Part shown: piece by piece, positions 11,401-23,162 of the stretch
Layout of the letters: each line of letters starts with the position of its first letter
How positions within the stretch are numbered: the first letter of the stretch is position 1
Origin: Raillietiella orientalis
Lineage: Eukaryota
Reading direction: 5' to 3'
DNA length: 64,000 bases
Assembly (NCBI GenBank): GCA_036172245.1
Contig: JAYWIR010000027.1
Coordinates: 1,488,001-1,552,000 of the forward strand
Made by a program: the position numbers and the translations under genes
Notes under the pieces: generated by a model
What the model was told of the DNA's origin: nothing
The model's database searches: none
Seen by the model: the letters and a program-made list of their open reading frames with translations, nothing else

Positions 11401-13230
11401 GGGGCACACCTACTACGCAGCAGCGAGAGACACCGACTGGGTTGGATAGATGATGTGTCACTTTCCATTCTAAGGTCCGGCGGCAACAGGCTCCCTAAGT
11501 GGTGAGCAGAGCCACACGATGCATCCTCCGGTGTGGTGCGGTAGCAGCAGCATCTCCATCGGGGTCGCGCTGGCTGCAGCGGCTTATCTGGGTAAGAAGA
11601 TTTTCGCATAGCTACCGTGCTCCCAGCCGCTCCGAACCCGCGGCACGGAGATGCGGCGAATGGTTGGAATGTTAAAGTTTGATGCCATCCCGATAAGATT
11701 TCGATTTGCATGCACGGAAGGGACGTTTGGTTGGTCTCGGGCACGCATCCGCCTTTTCCTGATACGTTTTGCGCCCGGAGGGATGGGAAGAAGGAATGTC
11801 CTGGAAAGACATGGATGGCGTTGAAGCCGCGATCCGCCGTACGTCCGAACGAATCGGTAAAGTGCCTTCCATGGAAGGAGGGGAGGGAGGGGGGATGAAA
11901 TAAAAATAAAAAGTAAGAAGGAGGAGGAAAAAATTATTGAAGTTTCAAGATCTATGATGACGAAACGTTTGCCATCTGATGAGGTGATGCGCAGGTTAAG
12001 AATGGATTCTTATCGCACTGATGGGAAAAAGTGTGCAGAAGACGATTGAAAAGTCTTCACCAAGGACCAGCATCGAACGCTACTCTACGAAATTGCAAAG
12101 AGCACGAAAGGGAGAGGGGAAAAAAATATGTTTTTTCCTTCTCCAGGTAATGGTGCTTTCTAATGTAATCCCATCGCGTGTCTGTTTGTTTGTTTCTTTC
12201 TCCCTGTTCCGTTGCGAGCCAGCTTTTCCATCGCCGCGAAGACTTGAAATCGCTCTTCGGCGCGCGTGCGTGGGATGTCGCCCGAACGGCACGCCCAGCA
12301 ACCACGTCGTGTTCGCATGTGTGTCGTCGTTGGCACACGTGCGCGTTCAGCCTCGCGTTTCATGCATTATCCGAATGGCGTGCGTTCGTTTTTTGAGTGG
12401 GGGAGCGATGGGGGGGAACAACCAGTGGGAGGAGCACATGCCCTTCGACAGACTCCGTGGCCGTCGGAACTGTTTCTGCGTTTCTGGGTCATCGCACGCT
12501 CTCTCCATCCGGGGCCGGCAGTGTGCACGCACACACTTTGAGGCACACGTTGCTCGGAATTTTGAGCTTTGCTGGCGGGCCAGAGCGGTGGGAGATGAGA
12601 CTAGTTCGCGGACAGGCGATGTTGGCAGCTCCTGCTTCAGGCAGGGGTTACCGTGAAAGGGTCAGCAGCCCCCGAACGGGTGCCAGCGGGATACGGTCCC
12701 TCTGCCGCACTCTTGCCGAATAAAAAGAGCACGGCAAGAGACCTACTGACGATGAGCTGGTAACACGTCTCCATCTCTTGCAACGCACACATTGATACGC
12801 CAAGCTCCGGGGCTGCCGGAACTCTGCGCCGGAGGCAGGTTGCCTGCGCCAGCTGTTGCGACTGTCTCTGACGCCGAAACGGGAAAGGCCGGGGTTCCAA
12901 GCGTCGAGACCACCAAAGTCACCGGACGACTTCCTCTTTCTGACCGTGCGTTCTCACAATTCCGATTCCGAACTATCACTAGGGACGGTCTGTTCTTCCT
13001 GACTGATGTCCTCGCTCGTAAGAGGAGCAGCCATTCGTGCGGAAACGTAATTGAAATCGATCTTCTGGACGTTCGTGTGGTCGAAGATGCGGTCGCGAAG
13101 TATCCATCATTCCCGGCAGAAAGTCTCCAGTGCGGCGACCGAAGCACCCCTGGGAAAGGGGTAGAGCTTTGGGGGAATCGGTTCGCTTCTCACGCTCTTG
13201 GCAAGCCATGGCGATCCGCAGGAAGATTTG
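11400..13230 (-). mobile_element. Highly decayed Ty3/gypsy RT-RNase H relic
   Basis: Weak colinear echoes: MDTSRPHLRPHERPEDRF (cf. GDYR.LN..T.PDRY), LQEMETCYQLIVSRSLAVLF (cf. GLRNAAQTFQRF...L..L.F) and LRMESDTS (cf. L.TDAS). Confidence 0.35.
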
Positions 13231-13231
13231 T

Positions 13232-13995
13232 TCCCGCACTGGCGGCCGTGAGGCTGCGCTCTCCGCGCGCGGCACCGCGCGTAGCAGGTTCGAATCCCTC
13301 CCGGAGGAGAAGGACCGACGCCGACAGATGGGTTTCGAGTCCCCTCGCAAGATGACGCTCTTCGGCTGAGGCACCGCTGGGAGACGCAAACCGGACCCAC
13401 CCGTTGCGTGGCCGGGATTGGAAGTTGATGACCCTCCGGGGTCCTTCCGGGAATCAAGGAGCCCTTACAGATTCCCCCCCTTTTGTTCTGCAAATGGAGC
13501 CGTCCATCTCGTTGCCACGGAACTGGTGGATCGATCCTCTCCAGAGTGTCGAGAGGCGCGCTGCCCCCTTCGGGGAGCGCCCTTTGGAGAAATGGGGAGG
13601 CGTCCGTTCGGGGTTCATGTCTTCAGAGGAGGAAACGGGGGACGGTTCCCTTTCCAGGGGTTCCTGCAGAGAAGAAACCCCAGGAGCGGATCCTTTCCGG
13701 GTTCTTTTCAGAGGAAAAACGAGGAGAAACTCCTTCAAACGGGAGGTCCCTCCGGAGAGAATAAGAAAGAGATGGTTCACTTCGGAGTCCCCTACCAAGC
13801 GTAAGAAGATAGGACTCCTTCCTCTGGAGCTTTCATGGATTCAAAGGGTGGTTCCTTCCCCGGGAACCCCCTAACTTGAAGAGTTCCACGCATCCCCAAG
13901 GGTAGCGTGGACAGCGTCAAAGAGCTTCGTGACCCCCCTCCTCTTTCCTAAGGATGCGGACGGTTCTTCAGTACTTGGCGAACCAAAAAAAAGGG
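13232..13995 (+). mobile_element. tRNA-derived SINE, copy B (most complete, ~760 bp)
   Basis: TGGCGGCCGTGAGG and GGTTCGAATCC Pol III boxes at 13240-13297; 5-6 internal ~40 bp repeats (13565-13790); ends CGGTTCTTCAGTACTTGGCGAACC-A8. Confidence 0.85.
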
Positions 13996-14039
13996 GACAA
14001 AAAGAGCTGAAAGGAAAGCAGGGAAAGAAGGGACAACCC

Positions 14040-16490
14040 GATTTCCACACCTGACACAGATCAGGCCCCTCCCCGGGTCTAGCGATGTCGGAGAGCGTTG
14101 CATGGGAGACCCCAGTGCAGCAGCAGGAACGCCGACTCCCCTTACTTGAGAGGAAGGGCGCGGTTGCTAGGGAGCTCTGGGAGGCCAGTCGAGATCCTCA
14201 CGGGGAATTCTCAGAGGGGCGGCTGGAAAGGGCAGACGCGCTGAAGGCGGCGGAGTTGTGAGACGGGATTCTGTTCTGGCGCTCCCTGAGGGAGTTGTGA
14301 GAGAGGGATACTCCGGAATCTTCGGTGGTGCTCCCTTCAACCTCTCCCGTCGCTAAAGAGAGACCGGGACGCGCACGCGCCTCACGTTCCAGGGATGGAG
14401 GAGTCTCGCGGTGAACCGAGAGCTCTGTTTTCGAGGAACCGTCGCCGGGGATGGAACCCACGTCCTCACGTCTGGAAGTTTTGTATCCGTGCCCGGTCTG
14501 CTCGGTTGAACTTTGGCGTCGCGCTGGGCCAGAGGCTCGCCTCTCCCTCCAGAGACCAGACTGCGCAGGTCTGCGCTCGGTCAGCTGCAGAGCAGAAAAC
14601 CCGCGTCGAGAGTCCATCGCGACCTCGATGGTGCAGCCAAGCGTGAAGTCAGAGCCTCGACGCCGTGGGAAACTTCAGGGGGCGACCAAAAGCGGCTTCG
14701 TGCGCTGGATCGCGTGGAAGTTGGAGCGCACCCCCCTCATCGAGTTGAGAGCATTCCATCCGCGAATCGACCCATTCCCCTCCCCAGTAAGGAGGGACTG
14801 CACGCCTCGAGAGGGACCCCACTCGAAGACACCAAATGGCTGCTTGCGGCACCACTCCGCTCCACGTCCGGCGACACTATGCGCCGGCGCTGCAGCAGTG
14901 ATTGAGAACTGCGGAGAGGAAGGTCCTGGGAAGTGCTCGCCTGCAAGAAGCGCTCCCGTGGGCTAGCCTCCGCCTCCGTCCGGATGCGGTGCTGCGCAGG
15001 CGGAGAAGAATGGCCTTCCTCGACGCTGCCTGCGCCTTCGGCGGCAACCCCCGAGGCGTTCGGAAGTGTTCGAGAGGGAAAGGGGACGAGAGGAGAAAAA
15101 CTCCCTGTATCCCGGACGACTGCGGACGCACAAGCGAATCTCAGACCCTTGGAGGTCGACTTTTCAGAGTCCTCCTGAAATGGGAAGGAAGATGACTTGC
15201 CCGACGGAGGCTCTTTCTGGTCTCCTCTTGACAACCAGCGCAGCCCTCGATACGAGCAGAACCCATGGGCTGAGGTGATCCTCCTGATGATTGGAATCTC
15301 CCGCAACGTCGGTCTCCAAAGCGAGCTGGCGCCAAGCTGATGCGGTCGTGCGCGAAGGATTCGTGGAAAAGACACCAGGGCTCTGCAAGAATGGGAAAAG
15401 AGGAAGGCGAAGGATGCAAAGATGTGGATTCCAATTCTTGCATGCAGTTCTTTCGGTTGTTCAGGCGGACAGAGCTGGACTGCGTGCACGTCCTCGGGAA
15501 AAGCAGCCCTCGCAAGGGACCCCCGGGTCGACCGCAATCGTGCCAAGTGGCTGCTTCCCACCGGAGCACGACCGGGCCACCTCTCACAAGGAGCACTCAC
15601 GTCCCGCTTCAGACGGATGCCCCCACTTTTGGATCGATGCATCCCGGAGCCTTCCAGAGTGGCGCGCACTCCGGAGTTGATCGCCTCGCCTGAAAGGGGC
15701 CGCAGCATCAGAGAGCGGTGAGCTGACTTCCGAGGATGCTGACCGGTGGCTGGATGAGGATCGAATGTTCCGTTGGTCTCTTCAGATGGAGACGACGGCC
15801 TCCCCATTGCTGGATGGGTGGCACACTCAACAGTTCCTCTTGAGCGCGGTGGCACTTCGCCAGCTCCGTCCTGGAATCTGCTCGGCCTTTTGGCTAAGAT
15901 CAAAGTGTAGATCTGCCCGGCTCTTGCAGTGTTCCGAAGAACGTTTGCTTGCAGTGTTCGAAGTCGCTGTTCTTCTGGACGGCTGGTATTCTTCCTCATG
16001 TTCCGTCTGTTTGTCGCTTCCTATCCCAAACGGGTAGGAATTCTGCACTCGGGAATACTCCCCGGTCTCAGCGGAGCTCTGTAAGGAGAACCCCTTTGGC
16101 TCGCAACTCCCGGAGGGCTTTGAGCCGAAGAGCCGCCTGAGGGATGCTTCCCTCCCCTCCTCCCCATGAACATGCGTTCTGGCGCTCGCATGAGAGGAAG
16201 CTGCCGCGGAGTTCCTACGCTCGCGTCTGGGGAGCCAAGGTGTGGCACTGGACGGAGAGGAAGACGGGACGACCGAAAGAACTCACCTCCTTCGACTGAC
16301 CACGTGCGACGAACCCGCGTTTGGCTTTCTCGTGAGGTCTCCCCCTACCCTTTCCCTCTTCATCCGCGGGGCGGAGGTGCGCCACCCGTAACGCTTGGCG
16401 GTGCGGGAGGCGTATTCTGGTTTCCGGAAACTGCGCGTTGAAAACGTCCACACTGGCTAAGCGAACTGACTCCAGAAAGCGTACCGTCCT
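14040..16490 (-). mobile_element. Decayed L1/Tx1-like LINE, copy b (internally deleted, 3'-truncated)
   Basis: LRTLQANV...IYTLILAKRP APE N-terminus (~15960); weak RT echoes at 14650-15000; 14085-14165 is clearly homologous to 7830-7910 of copy a. Confidence 0.7.
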
Positions 16491-16524
16491 CTCATCCGAA
16501 AAACAAACAAACAGCCGAAAGTTT

Positions 16525-19500
16525 CTTACCCGGTCACGCCGGGACGTTTATTAACATAAACTAGCTGGAAACAGTTGTTTCCAGCCAACGGCTACAGAAA
16601 ACCAGCAACGGAGATACAGCACTGGCACTCAGGCCAGGAAAGCGGAAGGACCTGAACGAATGGGGGAGGAGAGGACTACAAACAAAAAAGAAAAGTCTAA
16701 ATGGGAGGAATGGGTCAAGGAACTTTGGTGACGCTCCGCAGTCACCGGAAATGACAAAGAGGAAAAGCACCAAAAGCACTACGGAGCGAATGGGAAGAGA
16801 GGTGCGAGAACAAAAATGGAGTTAAAAGGGAATGGAAGTGGATAACTGGGTTCGTTGTTCCAAACCGTGGTTAATCCGGCGATGGGTGCCGGTGAGCTCC
16901 TCCGTTGCATTTTCGTTTAAGTGTCGCCACCCAGCTGCCGCACTGATGAAGTCGGCTGCCTTCCTGGTGACACAGCATCGCTGATCAGTGTTCTCCAGCA
17001 CGTCTCGGACCGATGGCGCGGATGTAACCAACTGTCGAAATCATCGCAGCCGTCGAAAGTCTTTGTGGTTAAAAGAACCGTCGCAGCACTTCTCGGGAGG
17101 TGTCTCCCGGTGGCAGGAGTGCTGCTGCCAACTTCCGTCAGAGTTCCTGGAGGGCACTGCAGTCCACAACAAGGTGCGGGAACAACTCTGTCGCCCCGCA
17201 CCGGGCACAGTAGGGAGAAGCCACCCCACCGGAAACTCGGTGCCGCCGCTCGTTGTAGCGCAAACCCCAGTACAAGAAGGGCAAGACGTCTTGCTTCCAT
17301 GCAAGGGGAAACACCGGACCGTCCAAACAGCAGGGAGGGACTATCAGTTCTTCGGGGGCAACACCAAGAGCTTCTCACCACCGAAGTAGTCCTTTTGCTG
17401 TAGCACGAGGAGTGGCTGCATCCGCCAGCTCTCTCGTGTCCCATTTGCCGAGGAGTTTCGTTCTTCATCCGAAAGTCCTCTGGACGCAGACGGGCCATCC
17501 CTCGTTCGCCTGTTGGCTTGCTCGCTTCCTGTTCCCATGGAAACCAAGCAGCTGATTGACTCCGGACGCGTGCACGCATAGAACCTCAATGGGGCATCCG
17601 CAAAAGGGGGAAGAAGAAGAAAAAAATTCAAAAGAATTCTGGATTCCAGTCCTTCCGGAATTTAGAGAAGATGGCGGACTCGGAACCTGTCTTTGCTTGC
17701 ATGCTTCCTCCGAATGCCCAGGAGAGAGAAGATGATGGCGTCATCCATAGCGTCCACTGCAGAGTCCTCTTTCTCGAGTGTCGCGTCTCTGCCGACGCAC
17801 ACCGACAGACAATCCCTGTCCAGTTCGCTCCGCTCCAGCGGAGGTGCATCAACTCCAGGCGGCTTCCGACAAAGTCTGAAGAGTGAACGAAAGGCCATGC
17901 CGGAAGACCTCCTTCCGAGAACACGTGCAACAGGCAACCGCAAAGCCTTCCAGATGCTCGCGCTGGCGGCATCGTGAGCGAACAGCACGCAGCGCTCATC
18001 TCTCCGCCTAAGAGATATGGTCAAAGTCCGTTGCCATTAGACGCAGGACACACACATGGTTCCACCCGCTCCGATGTATAGGCTACACCGAGGCCCCCAT
18101 CACCACTGCAAGAGCGACAAGTACAGAGTTCATCATCAGGGACTCCATTTTACAGAATTCAGGGGCTACCAGATTCATCCAGGGTAACGTGCACCTGTCA
18201 GCGTCACATGCGCTACCCTACCCAGCCAGGCAAACTCCACGTAACACACAAACAATCCAACCGAGGTCACCAAACCTAACTTACACTACCCTGACTTCAG
18301 ATACCTTACCCTGACCTACTCCGACTTAACCTGACTTACCCTGGTCCGAGGTATCCCATTTCACCCTGCCCTGCCCTGCTTTGTCTAGACCAACTCAACG
18401 CTGACCTCCCGGTGCCTTTTTCACATGTAGACTGGGGTTGCTCTGAGCCACTGAAACGCTGGAACGAAGCTGGAAGAGAGCACGATATGTTTGCTCGTTC
18501 GCTGGTTCTGACTGTCAAATTCCTTATTGAGTCGCACCTTCCCGCCTCTTAGTTTCCCAACGTCCCTCTCGTGGGTTGCAGATCCACGGAGAATGCAAAC
18601 CCTGATTTCACTGTGTCTCAGGCGTCTGCTGGTGTCTGCTCCCGGAGGCTGCTGACCGAGGCCGCGTCCCCGCCGTGCTGCACCCGGACGTCTCGGCGAA
18701 CGCTCCAGGCAAACACCCTCCTCGGGAGGGGGAGCTGCAACCGGAAGCGAAGGCTTCCCGCACTGCCCCCTGGAGCGTACATCCTGTGGAAGCTGGAGGA
18801 GGTTCGCGCGTGAGGAGGGAAGGTTCGTATCATCTGCTGTAGTGGGCGTGATGGTCGTTTGCATATAGGGGAGCGGCAGGTCCGCTACAGGACAGGCAAC
18901 GCCACCGGGACGGAGGATGTTTCCACGGCAACCGGAGGTACTCGATCCCCGCATTCTGAATTCGGACACCTGGAGCTTCCGGAGGGCTCCGGGGAGTAAA
19001 AAGGGGAAAGGAGCCAGTCGAAGCTTTCCCCCGCGCACGTCATCTTTTGACCTGCGTGGTCGCGTCAAAACCAGCGCATGGAGGTCGCGGAGCGAGAGCG
19101 GTTCGGTTCTGCCGCAGCTGGGAAGCGGATGGAAGGTCCAGCTGCCCGTCGGTGCCGCTCGCAAGGGGGGAACTTTGCCGCGCACCCTCGATCGCTGCGG
19201 ACGGCACTTACGCCCCCCTGCTCTACGAAACGCGACGCCCTGCTCGCGTGAAGGCGACGGTAGACGCCGGTCCGCATCCGGCGCGACGCCACCGCTGTGA
19301 CCGACCTCCTCTTCAAGAAACGAGGCTGCGCCACCATGCAAGAAGCGCGCGGCCGGTTCAAAAGTTCGCCGGAAACTCTCGAGAGAAAAAAGACGGACAA
19401 TACGGGAACAAAGCGTTCCCCCCTTCCACCTCCAGGGACCCAAACGCCAGGTCGCGCGATTCAACCCCGGATCGCCGGGTCTTCTGGGATGCCCAAGGAC

Positions 19501-21000
19501 GAAGATGCTCCCGGGAGCTCGAAAGTCCATAGATGTGCGCGCACCACCTCGGTAATGGTGCCCTCCCCCTCCCTCCCTCTTCCGCCTTCCCAAAGGCAGA
19601 ATGCGGCGCGACGCCACAGGGCGCCTGCGAAGACAAAGGCGATGCGTTTCGAAGGGCTTCTGCGGCCGCCGTGCCGGTTGGCGAGAGGACAGGGCGAGGA
19701 AAGGGGGTTTCGAGGGTCTCGACCGGACCGGCGCTCCCTGCGCGCCCCTTTAAGTGCTTTCTGGGTGAGAGAGCTGAGTGGCAGAATCCGCCTGGGAGCA
19801 AGCACAACACACCCCTCGCGGGCGCTCGGGGAGCGACCGGAGAAGACTCGGCGGGCGGCGCACGACCTTAACGGGCGTCCCGCTAGGGCCGCGCGGAGTT
19901 CGCGCGTGCTCGGTCTTGCCTCTGCGCGGCCTGGAGTACCCCTCCTCCTTCGGTCTTCAGGCGGCTCCGCAGGACGCGTCCCGCGGGCAACCGTGCGGTC
20001 ACCCAGCGACCCCACCGCCGACAGTCAGCGTGCTGATGAGAGCACCTCAGGACGGAAGAAAGGTTCCTCATCGCAGAGGCGCCCCGAGAAGCTTCCAGAG
20101 GAAGTCTGAAGCTCGGGGCACGCAGAGAAATGAAGGGCGCGACCGCCACTCTCCGTCACATGGACCTCCTCCACCCCTTCTTCTCGCGCACGGAACCGGA
20201 GCGAAGGACTCCGCGCGTTGTCCACCAAATGCGCGTGAAGCAGCCTAAGGCCACCGTGGTTCGACTGTGGAGGGACCGCTCGCTCCGCTTTTCGCCTCCC
20301 GAGGCCACTGCAGGCACAGCGCTCTGGACGCCGACCCGAAGCAGGCCGATTCGACGGCCGGGTAACGGCACGATGACAACCTTCTCCGCCGTCTTCCTAC
20401 CGGTGGGCAGGCTCGCAGGGCTTAGAGCGGGAACCAGCCAGCCAGCCCATCCGCCTGGTTTCTGCGGAGACGCCAATTCGAACGAGGCGTTCCGACACTC
20501 CGCAAAGCCGCCTGCGACACGGCCTCTCGAGCACCCGCGTTGCCTCTGCCGCCGACACCTTCCACTGAATCGTGGTTTCGTTTCAGTCGCCCACGTGCAG
20601 CAAATCTTTCCCTGGGGAGGCAGGAATCTCCCCCCATCTGCAAACTCCGGGAGCCCCCTCCGCTTCGCGCCCGTCTCGGTTCTTTGCTCCGGCTTGGCGT
20701 CGCACCTCTGGTCAGCGGGAACGGCCGGCGGTTTCCCGTGATTCCTTGCACGCCTCTCGGCGAAGACCCGCGAGCCCGGCGGGTCCGTGTCCTCCACCGA
20801 CGCTGGGGAGCGCCTTGCGCCGCAGAATGAAAATTGCCCGGCATCCGTTGACTGTGGACGGCGACCTCGAAGGAGGAGAAGGAGGCTGACAGCAGAGCGG
20901 ACGGTTCGTCGCCTGCCGGCATGCGGAGGAGGGATCCGGCACGATCCGCTGGCGGCAGCTAAGCGATTCGCTCATCTCGTGGGTGGATTGCGCTTAGGAA
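16525..21000 (-). mobile_element. Decayed L1/Tx1-like LINE, copy c, interrupted at ~18030-18420
   Basis: CARCGATELFPHLVVDC zinc knuckle (~17155-17210), TTADDTNL (~18830), RRPGDPGL (cf. KSPGPDGL, ~19470) and a 3' AATAAA+hairpin at 16529-16552. Confidence 0.7.
18210..18410. repeat. Degenerate pentamer tract, consensus ~(AACCT/ACCCT/GACTT)n, TTAGG/TCAGG-like on the minus strand
   Basis: In-register 5-mers: cctaa cttac actac cctga cttca gatac cttac cctga cctac tccga cttaa cctga cttac cctgg...cctgc cctgc cctgc. Confidence 0.75.
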
Positions 21001-21274
21001 ACGTGGTCCTCGTCGTTCGGTTTGAAGAAGCAAAGCAAAACAACACAGAAAAACAAGGCATGGCTGCAGCAGCACGCAAAACCAGAAAGCAGTTCGCAAG
21101 AAGAAACCAACGGTTTCGGTTGATCCCCGGCTTCGACGACCGCTACGGATGACAGCGTGTTGCTGCGACGGTCACCTGGCTTCGAGGCGACCTTGGTTAG
21201 GATGTAGATGCCTCCAGGGAGAGACTCGTCCACTGCGCTGCGATTGGACTCACCTCTGCGATAACTCCAATCGC

Positions 21275-21760
21275 TTTCGCCCGGATCCGGAGCATGTATC
21301 ATAGGAAAAAAAATAAAAAGCATTTTCGATAGAACACGTGGTTCTGCCACGTACGGTAAGCAAAGGAAGTTCTTTCCCACTTGCCAATCGGGGTCCGGTG
21401 CGGGGACGCAGGGGTTTGGGGAAAAACGGGACAAAGCGAAACGAAAAAGTTATGAAAAGGATACATGTTGGGTGGGGGGTGGGGGTCCAGGACGGGATCA
21501 CCGCATGTCCCGCGACGTCCAGTTCGTTCTCTGGAGAAAGCTCGTAAGCTGGCGTTTTCTCTTTTTTCCCATCCGTCCCAGCATAAGGAGGACCACTCCA
21601 CCATCCCGGAGCACACAAGACATTCAGTCAGCATCGGGATCTCCCTGTGTCCAAGAAGGCTGCCCTCGGGACGTTCTCGGTGGTTCGTCTGATGGCAGCA
21701 CCGAAGGGGCAAAGGAAAGGACGAAGGCAAAGCAGAGAAGCCACGAACCGAGTACCCACC
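21275..21760 (-). mobile_element. LINE 3'-end fragment, copy d
   Basis: GGGGGTCCAGGACGGGATCACCG matches 7413-7435 and 39270-39293; T-rich 3'UTR on the minus strand; terminal CCGG-AT-CCGG element at ~21281. Confidence 0.5.
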
Positions 21761-21764
21761 AGCG

Positions 21765-22265
21765 ACCCCGTTGGCACCCGCGTGGCTGCACTGACACCGA
21801 AAGCCGAGAGTTCGAATCCCACCCGGGAGAACGGAGGATCTACGCCGAGAATGAGGAGGCGTGCGACGAGGTTTACGAGTTCCCCTCTTCAGGATGACAG
21901 GTGCTAGCCTACTCAGATGCGGACGGACCGGTGGAAGCCGGAAAACAACGGATGACCCCGCTCCCTGCCCGCGACTGCAAGTTGATCCTCCTGGATCCTT
22001 CCAAGATATCGAGGAGCCCTTCAGGCTTCCCTTCGGAGACGACCCGGGACCGATGCCCCCTCCCCAGCTCAAGAGGAGAGCGGACCCTTCCTCCCTCCGG
22101 CCGGACCCTTCCTGCATTCGTAGAGTGGTTCCTCCGTGGTCATCCCTCTCCCGAAGAGTCAGCACCCACCCACCCTCGGGTGGAGTGGGCAGCGTCCAAG
22201 GCCTTCGAAAGGCACCCCCTGGAGAAACGGACGGTCCCAAAAAGGAAAAAGAAACAATACAAAGC
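21765..22265 (+). mobile_element. Diverged tRNA-derived SINE, copy D
   Basis: Head TGGCTGCACTGACACCGAAAGCCGAGAGTTCGAATCCC; body GTTGATCCTCCTGGATCCTTCCAAGATATCGAGGAGCCCTT resembles copy B 13424-13466; A-rich end at ~22240. Confidence 0.6.
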
Positions 22266-22469
22266 AACGCCCCACCCCACTTATCTCGGGGCTGTGCACA
22301 CGCCCCCGCACGGACTGCTGGAACGCGGCAGGCTTCGTCTGCGACGGGAGCGCACCGACGGAGCACCTCCGAACGCACGCGCACATCTATACCACGTGCG
22401 CCTCTCTCTATTTCTCTCTGCAGTCTCTCTACTTCTTTTGATTCAGTTGACGATTCCATTCCTTCCATC

Positions 22470-22980
22470 TACGCGCATTCACGGTAGCATGCTAAGAAAT
22501 GAGTAGGCGGACAAAAATACATTTCAAATACACTGCTGATCGTATGGACACGCGTGTGGAAAAGGCGCTTGCATATCAATGCGTACGTGAATGCGTACAC
22601 ATGCGTACACATTCCCGTGCAAGGAAACGCGCGTCCGTTCATCTCTACAATCTGCGCAGCCCCGCTCATTGCATTGATGGTTCCATCCCTGCACATTCGA
22701 ATTCTCCCCGTGCACGTTGTCCATCGCATTCACACGCGCGTTCGTCCACACCAATGAGCACGCGTGTTCAAATACATTGGCGGACTTCTACGTGAATGCT
22801 CACGTAGTAAACGCATATACGTTTTTTACGATCTCCGCCGCTACCTGGATTCCGCGGACGATTGCAAAGATCGATTCGTGCACATTGCATTCGTACGCAC
22901 TGCCGATTGTGTTCCTACGAGTGTCCAAAGGCACCGACATGCGAGCACGTGCGCACCAACACGTGTCGTAAGCGTAAATA
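22470..22980. repeat. Low-complexity alternating purine-pyrimidine tract (mirrored at 33260-33770; similar tract at 25600-25890)
   Basis: Dense ACGCGT/CGTACG/TGCACA/ATGCGTACAC motifs, including tandem ATGCGTACAC x2 at 22591-22610. Confidence 0.55.
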
Positions 22981-23162
22981 CGCGCTCCTCTCTTGCGCCC
23001 TTTCGAGCTTTCGGCACTCGTGATTTCGAGCCCAACCCGCGTGTGGGCACGCAGAACGCCCCGTGCCGACGCCGCTGGAATCGCGTCCGTCGACAGGGCC
23101 GAGTCCTTCCTTCCACAGCCTCAAAGGTACCACCGGCCTGCTCCCAGGACGGTGAGTCTGCC

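Noticed and set aside
13232..13310. Functional tRNA genes at the box-B sites (7070, 13287, 21810, 37995)
   Set aside because: A cloverleaf cannot be formed cleanly, there is no downstream T-run terminator, and each head continues into shared SINE sequence.
13565..13790. ~40 bp periodic units resembling a CRISPR array
   Set aside because: Degenerate tandem units with no unique spacers, no cas genes and a eukaryotic context; they are internal to a SINE.
13950..13995. SINE tail derived from the 3' end of the resident LINE
   Set aside because: No visible similarity between the SINE tail and the LINE AATAAA+hairpin terminus.
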